From Massalongia carnosa (Eukaryota), in assembly GCA_965645245.1 (NCBI GenBank), contig OZ287079.1, forward strand, positions 496,001-560,000: a stretch of 64,000 nucleotides of DNA. The letters run 5' to 3'. The position numbers and the translations under genes are program-made. Below, in pieces: positions 25,100 through 35,573 of the stretch (positions are counted from its first letter, which is position 1; every line of letters begins with the position of its first letter). The notes beneath the pieces are model-generated. The model did not search any database, had not been told where the DNA came from, and saw only the letters and a program-made list of their open reading frames with translations.

Positions 25100-25882
25100 C
25101 CCTTCGTCTGGCCAGATGGCAGCCACCTTAAATAGGCTTAGTTTCTTACCGTAAGGCTGAGTCGCGAACATCAAAACTTTTACCCCTGTGCCCCTTTTTT
25201 TCGCCGCGTAGAGGTAAACGTCACATAAAAATCACCTTAACAACTGAATTTATTGAATAAATCATTATGAGAGGCATAGAAATTGAACTTCCCGCAAATC
25301 AGATGTTTTGCCCCCCTCAGTATTAAAAGAACAGACCAAAAAGAATAAGCCCAGCGTACAGAGTATTATTGACTTTATCCCCTTATCTTCTTCTAAATAC
25401 ACTCCAATTGCAATCCCATTTCGATTATCTCAGCCGGAGGAGACATTGACCATGATAAATCAGACTCCATACAGCTTGTTCTCCCTTTTTTTCAGCTTCG
25501 ATTTATGTAAAATCATCAATTTCGGACGAGGTAGTATGCAAATGGGAGCATTTATCTAAGAAGGACTATTGTTTGGCCTGCAAAAGTCAGCTGCCCAAGC
25601 TCAAACGACGCCAACCACTTGCCGAAATTGAAGAAAATTGCACCAAAAGAAGACGTGCAAGTCAGACTATCTGGCAATGTAAGAGCTGTGGGCCTTGTTG
25701 TAAAAAGGAAGCATGTTGGGACATTTTACATAGATCATGAGGGGTAATTGAGGTGTTGTACCCATTATTGTCGAAAAGGGAAAATGCAGTAAATCTGATT
25801 GGTCAGATTAAAGTTATTAGTCATTACCCGGTGACGGTGCGTGTAAAATTGAATATTACCTAAATGGCTGCCATCTGAAGGG
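25100..25882 (+). mobile_element. Internally deleted piggyBac-like element
   Basis: CCCTTC..agatggcagcca / tggctgccatctGAAGGG ends; N-terminal piece TPYSLFSLFFSFDLCKII joined to C-terminal Cys-rich domain CLAC..RQPLAEI..TIWQCKSCGPCCKKEACWDILH* (~25530-25740). Confidence 0.7.
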
Positions 25883-25923
25883 ATACTCTGTAATACGTAT
25901 GCTGTAATCGTATCAAGAAACTA

Positions 25924-28755
25924 ATCGTCGGCCTCGCTTAGCTGCCTCCATACGAGGTGTACCACCTCTAATCGGGGAAAGCGGTCTGCGTAGGCAAGCG
26001 ATCTGCGTAGTTTCAATTTCAGTTTACCACCTATTTTGCAGCTTTTTGCACCACTTCTCGACCGCAACCTACGACCGTTAACTGTTCTTATTCATACCAT
26101 AGATATCAACTGCACATCCTAACTACTCATTGATTAACCGGGATATTCACCTTTATTCAATCGCGACCGCATCAGTTGCATGCCTCCTATTTCGTCAATC
26201 ACTCTCTCCCTATTTCATCAACCGCTCCCCACCTCAATCATGAATAGCAGCAGCGTCATGAATAAGAACCTTATTAAAACCAGTGATTCTATTGCAACGC
26301 GCGTGCAAAATGCTAAGCAGTTTTTATTAGAAAACCCCAAGGAGAGCATCGTTTGCGCTGCTCGAATCTTCAACCTCGCCGAGACCACTCTTTACAGTTC
26401 AATTGAACGTGAAAAGACGCCGCCGAAGAAAATTGGAGGGCAGAACAAAATACTGGAGGAGCATCAGGTCAGAGCCATTCACGAATTCATTCGATCTCTG
26501 ATTGCGTATGGCATTCAACCTACTCATAAAGTGGTTTTTGCTGCCATTAAGACTCTGAAACGTGCTCAAGATGCCGAATTCAATGGTCCAAGTCCGCGGT
26601 GGTTTAGGCAATGGTGGAAAGACAATAGCCTGCACAAGATAAAGACCAAGCCGCTGGCAGTTGTTCGATATACTGCGGCTCAGGAGTCAGATGTGAGATT
26701 ATGGTTTGATCGATATCAGCGGGTTCTTGCAGAGTTGGGGATAACTCGTTCACAAGATATCTGGAACTTTGATGAAGCAGGATTTCGAGTTGGGTGTATG
26801 AAGGGTCATGAAATTCTAGTTCCATCAGATATTAAGGAGTTCTATTCGATCAGTCCAGAAAATCGCAAATCTCTCACCATAATCGAAAGCATCAACGCCG
26901 CCGGTCATCAACCACCCCCCCCCGTTTTAATCATGCAAGGTCGTAGAATAATGCAGAACTGGTTCCAAGAAGGACTGCCCACGGGGACTCTTATTCAAGT
27001 ATCAGAAAGTGGGTTCATCACCGATGAAATAGCCATTGAAAATCTGAAGCATTTCATTGCGAATACAAACTCGGGGCCTACAAAGCAGTGGAAATTGATG
27101 CTCATGGATAATCATGGGACTCATTGCACCCCTGAGTTTATAAAGCTTGCCAATGAAAATCACATTCGCCCTCTCCCCCTGATACCACATCTGACTCATT
27201 GTATGCAACCCCTTGATGTGGGTGTATTTCAACCCTAAAAGCATTGGCATGATAAGGCTATCCAAGATGTCCTTGAAGAGTTCAACACTGAGTATTCATT
27301 GACTCGGTTTTGTCAAGACCTCACCAAAATACGAGACAACACTTTCACAAGCTCCACCATTCGATCTGCTTTTAGAAAGGCCGGAATGTGGCCTATCAAT
27401 AGGGGGTTATGCATTAAACAGCTTAAAAAATTCGCCGCCCCAGGGGTTGAAGGGCCCGTTCGAATGCTGCGGGGTGAGCAGGTGATGCGGGGCCACCTGC
27501 CGGGTCAGAAGCGCGCGAATGAGGATCCCCCCCTTCCAGTGTTGCCCGCACGAATTCAACCTCAAACCTTCGATGATGTTGAAAGGGGGCTGTTTGATTG
27601 GTTGCCAAAAATTCAGAATGTTAGGCAGTGGAGTGTTGATAATCGGCTAAACGAGTTTGAACAGTTTGTTGATAGTGCGAAGCAGATTTTTGCAAAATCA
27701 AATCTCACCGACTTCGAACTGAAAGTTATCCGCAAAAGGAGAAATGATGAATTGCTACACAAAGCAACCTCTCGCAAGAGGATAAGATCTACCTATTCGG
27801 AGGCGTCAGGACTCCCAAAGGAGGACGCAGAACGAGTCATTGCCGAAAAGCAAGAAAAAGAAGAAAGGAGCACAACAATTACATGAGAATATGGCGAATG
27901 GAACGTAATGCTATACACATCAAGGGAGTTGCTGCGCGAAAAGATGAAAGAGTTCGGCAAAAGCAAGTCAAGGAGCTCGACAGGCAAGGCGTCATCATTC
28001 CTATTGATAAGCTGACCCCCATTGAAGATCCCGAAGCAGAACGGAAGAAGACAAACTCTATTTGGAAGATGGAGGAGGCGAGGAAGGAGGCGGCAAGAAA
28101 AAAGAAAGGGCAGACTGCAGATGAGACAGATGAAGATAGGGATGAGATCGAATTCATCACGGATACTATAGGTGATGATAGTCTACGAGTTATAGAAGAT
28201 GATTCTACTCGCGAGCAGACAAACTTCATAGCTTTTGATGAGAATAATGAGAATGATGAGGGTGATGAGGATGAGAATGATGAGGGTGATGAGGATGAGA
28301 ATGATGAGGGTGATGAGGATGAGCAGTTTAACTTTTATCAAGGGGGCTATCGTCAGACTAGGAGTTACTATTAGAACGCGCAATTGATATATATCTACTT
28401 ATTAATAGTATTTGCAAATGAGGTTGAAAATAAAGCAAATGGAGGTTGCAAATCATGATGAGACGGCGTCGCAAATGAATTGTAAATAGGTGATAAAACT
28501 GGTGAAACTGGAAAAAATATAATGCATTCCCGGTTGATAAATGAGTAGTTAGGATGTGCAGTTGATATCTATCTATGGTATGAATAATAATAGCTAATGG
28601 TCGTAGGTTGTGGTCGAGAAGTGTCGCAAAAAGCTGCAAAATAGGTGGTAAACTGAAATTGAAACTACGCAGATCGCTTGCCTACGCAGACCGCTTTCCC
28701 CGACTAGAGGTGGTATGTACACCTCGTATGGAGGCAGCTAAGCGAGGCCGACGAT
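25924..28755 (+). mobile_element. Fot1/pogo element with about 220-bp TIRs
   Basis: atcgtcggcctcgcttagctgcctccatacgagg... inverted at 28530-28755; TA TSD 25922-25923 and 28756-28757. Confidence 0.95.
26180..28374 (+). pseudogene. pogo DDE_1 transposase with one premature stop and one frameshift; acidic repeat tail
   Basis: IWNFDEAGF, MLMDNHGTH, PHLTHCMQPLDVGVFQP*KHWH; frame change near 27883; (ENDEGDED)x3 24-bp repeat ~28249-28320. Confidence 0.92.
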
Positions 28756-29514
28756 TAACATAATTTCGCGAGTTTTTGCAACCGTAATTTGTAAAACGAG
28801 GTTCGAAATTACTCGAAACATCTCAGATCTGAGATGGCACGGTCTCGTCTGAGGTACTGAGGCAACCTACTACAGAGGACAGCAGTCCTCTGTAGATGGA
28901 CGTGTATCTAGCTCGACTCTTCCCCTTGGCCTTGCGTCGGCTTTGACCATGGGATGGTTGTTGGCAACGCACCGCAACACAAAACACACGTCAGCCATAT
29001 TTTTGGGTCCCGAGAGGCGAATGGTAAGACCTGGCCATTGACACGAACAAAACTAGGTACTTCGACTGCGCAGTTCTTCCGAGACTTTTCAGGCAACTGA
29101 TTACAAAACGTACGCCTGTGCATGCAGGCGAATGGACATAACGTTGGTCTCAGTCCTCAGCTGAAGGCCGTCCAAAGATGGTTAAGTTCTGACCCTTTAT
29201 GGATGCCAAGCCGGCAGCCTTTTATCGAAAATCTCCCCAAAACCCACATTCACATAAGCCTCCAGCGCTACTCGGTGCACAAGCTTTGCTTGGAGGAGAT
29301 GAGGCTGAAGGATACATCTGTAGATGCATCTAGCTCTCACGTTCTGGTTCAAATATCCTCCCTGAGCCCACATCTCCAAAACTTACTCTACTTTTGTTTT
29401 TTCGAGTACTATTTTCCCTTGAGAGAATAATCAATCAATCAATTTTCCCGTGAGATAATTATTGCCTTCCGGGAAAAATTATATAACCCCTTTATTTTCA
29501 ATAATATTTCCATC

Positions 29515-30547
29515 ATGAAGATTGCTCTTATATCCTTCCAGCTTGCAGGATTGATCGCGGTGTGCGCGGTAGGCTCCCTTTGCCACTTCAGTGGAGCAGG
29601 AAGGTTCACAGCCTCATTTTCTAATCCATCACAGTCGCAGTCATGCACAACCGCAAATGCGGTCTCGATCGAGAGCCTTACCGACAGCGGCTCCGGTACG
29701 GATCCTGCCGTCGCCAGCGCAGATGCAAGCATTCGCGAGGCTGGTCAAAACAACGCACTTAATATCATCAAGAAGCTTCGCGTTCGGCGGGTTCTAGTTG
29801 CGAAGCGTGCGGACCTAGTGTGTAAGAGTTCTATTTCACAAGGCAAGGTTTCTAGAAATCCGGTGGCTCACCGCAATGTTTGTGTTTAGGCTCGCGCGAC
29901 GAGGCCTGCGTTTCCTCGGAAGATGTCCTGTTTTGCGTCGATCCAAGGTACACACCGCTTGTCCCCCAGTTGTTCTTTGAGCGTTCCTTCATTCTGCAGC
30001 AGCCCTCGCTCACAAGAATGTTCACAGCTCCGGGGGTTTCCACACCGCCAACGGCACAATTGGCAACCTCTTGACAGGCGCATATACCCTCCCGGACGGC
30101 AGCACCGGCAACTTCGAAAGCTCAACCGTGCCGGCATTGACGCATGCAGCCACGGCCGCCGCTGGGAGTGCCACGGGCGCAGCGAGCCCAACGTCACGGC
30201 TTACCACGCCTTCCAAGCCTACCGCTACAACTCCCGCGGTAGCTGCCATAACATCTCAGGCGGCAAATTCGGGGACATCAGCGCTTGCGACCGACTCGAG
30301 CGCGGCAGCTACGTCTGGTGCCACCGCCACTGCATCTCAAGCTTCGTCTCAAGCTTCGTCCCAGGCTTCGTCCAAAAATGCTCTCGGAGCCACGTCTCAA
30401 AGCTCGGCCAAGAGCGCGACCAAGACTTCGTCCTCGGGCTCGTCGTCGAGCTCATCCCCAGCCGCATCGAACGGGGCTCTGTCCGCCTATGGGGTATGCT
30501 CTTACGGCGCTATCATTGCCGCTCTGGGGCTGTTGGCGGTCATGTGA
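29515..30547 (+). CDS. Secreted, probably GPI-anchored Ser/Thr/Ala-rich cell-surface protein (4 exons, about 272 aa)
   Basis: Exons 29515-29568, 29635-29821, 29890-29947, 30028-30547 splice in frame with GT-AG and branch motifs; signal peptide, KR site, small Cys domain (CSRDEAC..FCVDP), S/T-rich stalk, SNGA + hydrophobic tail. Confidence 0.8.
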
Positions 30548-31771
30548 TTGCATAATACTTTAGAGACTAGGCATCTAGCGTTTCACTTGTCACCATGGGT
30601 TCTAGGGTCAAAGCAATTGCCGAACTCAGGGTTGTGAAGCTTAGGGTTTTCTTCTTGGCTACTCCTATATAACCTTTAATTAGACCCAAGGTCGTTCGCC
30701 AGATATGTTCTGGTTCGATGGCAGGCAGGCAAGCAGGCAGGCAAGTAGGAATCTTCAGCTCATGACCCAATCATCCATCCATCCACTCAACCCCCTAATT
30801 TAATCCAACGAAGCCTAATCCCAATAAGCGCGTCCTGCTCAAATTTCCCATTTCCTCGTCGTCGCGCACGAGACTTTTAGGAGTGGGGGGGGCGGGGGGT
30901 AAAAAGGGTCCTCGTAGATTTCCAGCAGTTTCTTGTAAATATTTTCAGGAGAGGAACCATTTAGAGAAAAGACGATCGATTAGCGAGGATATATTTTTTT
31001 TTATCCTCAGGGTTTTGCGAAAAGAAGGGGAAAAAAAGCTTTTTCTTTTAACGTTGAAGGATTGGGGGAAAAAATCGAGCGTTTTATTTCTCTAATGTGA
31101 AAGTTTTGATTTTTGTTGAATTTTTTTTTTAATTGATTTGATCCTGGTTTTCGTTTTCGTTTTCGTTTTCGTTTCTCGTCAGATAAATCAGAGATAAATG
31201 AGACGGCTAATTTAAGTAAAAAAAAAAAAATTGGTTTAAATTACTTAGTTAGTTAATAGGTGACTAAGCACTAATAACTAGACATCGTTTTTTATACATA
31301 TCATCTCATTCGAACCATGTATCTATTCTACACAGGCTTATTATCGAATCGGTACTGCAAAAAATCCTAATGGTTGGATTCAATCGTGGAAATAATCTCT
31401 GTTTGAGGTTTCGGTTGAAAGATCCCGAGGGGTGGGGTTTGTTAACAGAGAGTTTGAGAAGCCGTAAGCGGAAGATATATATACCTATGTCAGTAAAGGA
31501 AAGTAAAAAACAGCAGGCTCTTTTTTGAGATTGAGTTGCTCGGTACTAATTCGTTTGTTCGTTCGGTTTGTTTCGGGTTCCTGGGTTTTCTATACAATGA
31601 TAAGACATGAGTCACTTTTCTTCTGTTTCTGGTGTATAATCAAAGTTGCTACCTGCCTTTCATCTTGTACTCGTGTATCGACGATAGAGATAAAATTTTA
31701 ACGTCGGAGTCCGTTCCAGTCATCAGCCTGTTCTCATTTTCGCTCACATTCCCCTTCTCCTCCCTCCCAAC

Positions 31772-32263
31772 ATGTTCCAATTCTCCCACCTCCCTGCCCT
31801 CACCATGACGGCACTCCTCCTTGTCCTCCTTCTCCTCTTCATCCCCGTTAACGGAGTCGGCATCAACTGTCACGGCAGCGGGCGATGCCTGACGTCGGAC
31901 AACATGGGCGTGATGGAGAAGCTGGCGGCTCACATGGCGCGGATGCACGACCGCGACGCGTACATGCCCGGGCAGAGCATCGCCTGCTTCTACGACGGCT
32001 GGTCCGGCTTCTACTGCGCCTTCGTCCAGGGCAAACACGCCCCGCAGGAGGGGGTCTACGGGATGCTGCTGAAGGAGAGGATGCGGCAGCTGCTCGAGCA
32101 CGGCTGCCGCGGGTGTGGGAGCGTGCCGTTGTCGGCCGACAATGAGTCGAAGACCTTGGGCCTCTTGACGGTCAATTTCGTCTTTCTGGCCCCGTGCACG
32201 GGCCTCTGCTGGCCGGCACTCAAGTATACGCCTCCGTCTACAGCGACGGAAGTGGCAGCCTAG
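31772..32263 (+). CDS. kp4l: KP4 killer toxin-like secreted protein
   Basis: Signal peptide then GINCHGSGRC, IAC, CAF, LLEHGCRGCGSVP, GLLTVNFV, C..LC: the KP4 family motif series; intronless and intact. Confidence 0.92.
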   Translation: MFQFSHLPALTMTALLLVLLLLFIPVNGVGINCHGSGRCLTSDNMGVMEKLAAHMARMHDRDAYMPGQSIACFYDGWSGFYCAFVQGKHAPQEGVYGMLLKERMRQLLEHGCRGCGSVPLSADNESKTLGLLTVNFVFLAPCTGLCWPALKYTPPSTATEVAA

Positions 32264-35200
32264 AGCAGTTTCCCCGCTAGTGAACGGCTTTGCGTCTACC
32301 TTGGATTTCTATAGCATCCGGATTTCCTGCCAACCCGACGCCTTCGGAGTTCGCTTCAACGGCGATATAAACTCCCAGCGCTACGACGATCACCGCCAGT
32401 TACAACGGATTTCCATCCTGGATTTCGCTGACTAAGGTAGCTTAGCTTGGTAATTCTCCCCTTCCCGCCACGATATACTCCTCGTTTTGCGGTTGACGGG
32501 CGCGGTGAGGGAAATGGTTTGTTTTGATGCCGGCGGCGAAAGCGTTAGAGACCACAAGGAAGAGAAGGATGCTTCGGGCTGTCTCTCATGGTGTGACTTT
32601 ATATATTGCTTCAGCGTTTCGGCTCTCGACTTCCTATCACCTAGAGCGGGAGGCATATCTTCAGCGTCATTCGCTCATTACGTTGCACTGTCGTCAAGAA
32701 CCTTGAAGGCCTCAATCGGCAGGCTTACTTGTTGCTTCATCCTGTACAGTCAGCGTGAAGAAGTTTCACCGGGGTGGTTCGGTTTTGTAGACTTGTTCTA
32801 ATAAAACAACAAATAGCACAATTGTAAAATTGTGCAGTTTTATTTCCGTATCGTGATCTACTAGGGCCTGTACCGTATGAGTTGGAGTCAGAATATTACA
32901 GGTAGTATAGTGTTCACCCACAAACTCGTAAAATACACAGTCCACAATATAGTTTCCACTTCCGTTGGATTGACTTTCTTATCTCTTACTGCTTCCAGCC
33001 CTCGACTTTCTTTGCAGTAGATGATCCGTGCCGATTGATCCATAGCTTTCGAAAGCACACGCTAAAGATGAACCTAGCTCAACGCCCCATCATCATTAGT
33101 GCTATAGATATGCTGGGGCCTGGATTAAAGTGTCGAGAAGAAAAGAAAGAAGCGAGCAGGGAGAAGCGCAGTTGATGGACGCCGAAAAGTCAAAGGACGA
33201 CTTAAAGACTGGCTGGGCGGAATTCCTAAGAGGCGTTGGCAAGTTATGTTTTCATAAGGAACCGGTGGAAAGCTTTACTTAGAACTCGCGGTTGGAATAG
33301 AGATAAGAAACAGATATGGGAATCATAGGTTGAGGTAAATCGCTTTCGGTAATAATTATTCATCGAGGCATTCGCTCTGAATTTGATGACTGTCGGGGAA
33401 TCAAGTAGCGAAGAACCCTCTCCGTGTCGAGCTTCATCTCCACAGAAATCCCGATTAAAACATGTAGGCTTCCCGGCCGGAGCGTCATAAGGGAGCGCGC
33501 TAGACTAGCAATTATCGACTATTTTCTCCTACTTGTTCTTCTCGCTCTGATTGGTGAATACTCTCATCTTCTTGCTGTTTAAAGCCGCACTTCCGGCACT
33601 CATTCTGGCAAGAGTGCAAGCAGCCGTACCGTTCGTTATTTGTTACATCCGAAAAAAGCTGCAGCCGCTATCATTTTTCATACTTCCACGGGGTGAGGCG
33701 GATGAATCAATTGATGTCGGGCTCAAAGAATTCTTGGGTAAAAGTTTTCAAACGTGAGCTCAACGAGCCCATTGGTACTTCTATCGTCATGTTTGGTTTA
33801 TACCAAGACATCAGAAGTTTCATGTCCAGCTCACCCTACTAATGTATTTACAGTCATTCTTAGACTCGGGCTGTCTCGCAGAATTCGTTGACTTGTAGTT
33901 GCAAGCCTTGCGTGTGCTAAAGGAAAAAAAAGTCCGTTCACAAATAAAATGGAGTTCAACATCGTAAATTAGTTTCGAGTGACAGAGGAACAGAGAATCA
34001 AACTCAACGAGCGTGTCCGTGACGTCTAATTCTACAGGACGAGGTGCCTTTATCCCTCGAAGCTAAGCACATGAGGCAGGTGTGTCCAGGACAGTCGTGG
34101 CCCTTGGTTAACCCTAAACGCCCTCTTTGAAAGCCCTTGGGTATCGAACATCGAAATGGAGGGCGAGCAGACTCTGCCCAAACCTCCCTTTGTCACTTCT
34201 CTGTTTCCGAGCCACTTGGGTAGGTGTGGAGCCTGAATGAAAGAGCAATGATATCTTCTTTCTACAACGACATGTCAATCATGGTCGTTGTTACCGCGTA
34301 ACAGTATTGCCAGAATATCGGATAACTATACATTCAAGATACGTTCCAGGCCCCTCGTGCAAAAAGATGCTCGCCATCTTGCTGCGTAAAGTATCATCAG
34401 CGAAGCAGCGTAGACGCCCTCAATCCCTTGACCATGTTGATATGGCTTCACGCCCACACGTCTTCCGGTATAACTAGATGCCGACAAAGGGTAGCAGAAT
34501 AAGCCTCAGCCCTCCGAGCTCCATCCTCCAATCAACCAAATCTGGGCAGCACCTGGAAATCAAACTGAGTAGTTCTGCCCCTTGTGCCGCTGTGGTGGTC
34601 CGAAGCACTTCCAACACAGCAGTAATAATGATTCCGGTTGTCGGTGGAAGAAGTTGAGTATGTATGATGCAGTGAATCCCTTCTCCATAAGCTTGAGCAT
34701 CTCTTTGGACAAAGTAGCAACAGTGCGCTAACGGATCGGCTGAACGGTCAAGCGAAGTGCTAGCCGGAGACAGCCGTATTAAATAACAAATTGCGACTTT
34801 GATATCTCAACATTTCATAAAATTCTCAATGGCTTTGTCGGCGGAAACTGCCGTTTCAATCTCTCGCCACGCGCGTGGGGGTAGTTAAGATGGGGCCCAT
34901 ACTTGATGGATCAACGATATTCCGAATGCTCCGCCCTTGTAGATCAAGTAAGGTTGTGACTAAGACTTGCGATTATGAGGGCGGAAGCTATTAATAAGAG
35001 GAGGCTGAGATAGACATTTCGAGAAAGCGTAGCTGCATGCATCCTGCCTAGATTGCGGTGCAAACCGAGCACTTGTTTTCGGGAGCGAATTTGATGCTTG
35101 GATTCCAAGTCCTTTCGGATGGTTCACTTTTAATTTGTCCTTCCCAAAACGTCGAGCATGTGGCTTTCTCCTTCAGCTGGCCACTGCCAAGCGCAGATTG

Positions 35201-35573
35201 TGCACCATACTGCCATATTGAGAGTAGCTTAGTGTTTCGCCTCAAGTAACCAGAAACCCCGAGTTTGGAGGGTTATGAAAACACCAAAGGGAAACATCTT
35301 TTCCACTCTAGTGGTGGATAGACCATCCTTAGAGCAAAATCGTACCATCAAAATCACCCGTTGTTCAATACCTAGTTAACAGAGTACAGAGCAGCGTGCC
35401 TCTACCTTTTCTGCATAGGTGACTCAATCTGGAAGTTTGAACATGAAGTGAGTCGTTTGCAATATCGGATCATCGTCACAATTATCGTTCGCTTTGAACC
35501 TGCCTCTGATTTTGCCATATTCCTTCAGATCACGGACAAGAATCAGCCGGGTCTTTTGAGTCAGCGGGATCGT

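Noticed and set aside
30880..31260. AT-rich tract with (TTTTCG)n and homopolymers as a possible element boundary
   Set aside because: No TIR, TSD or partner found; may be ordinary intergenic sequence.
23970..34790. Short similarity between 23974-24005 and 34733-34778 (cggatcggct, ccggctag..ttcg)
   Set aside because: Too short and degenerate to distinguish from chance.
32900..35570. Possible tyrosine recombinase ORF of the DIRS element or another gene
   Set aside because: No HSxR/GRW-type YR motifs seen; only stop-riddled unidentifiable frames.
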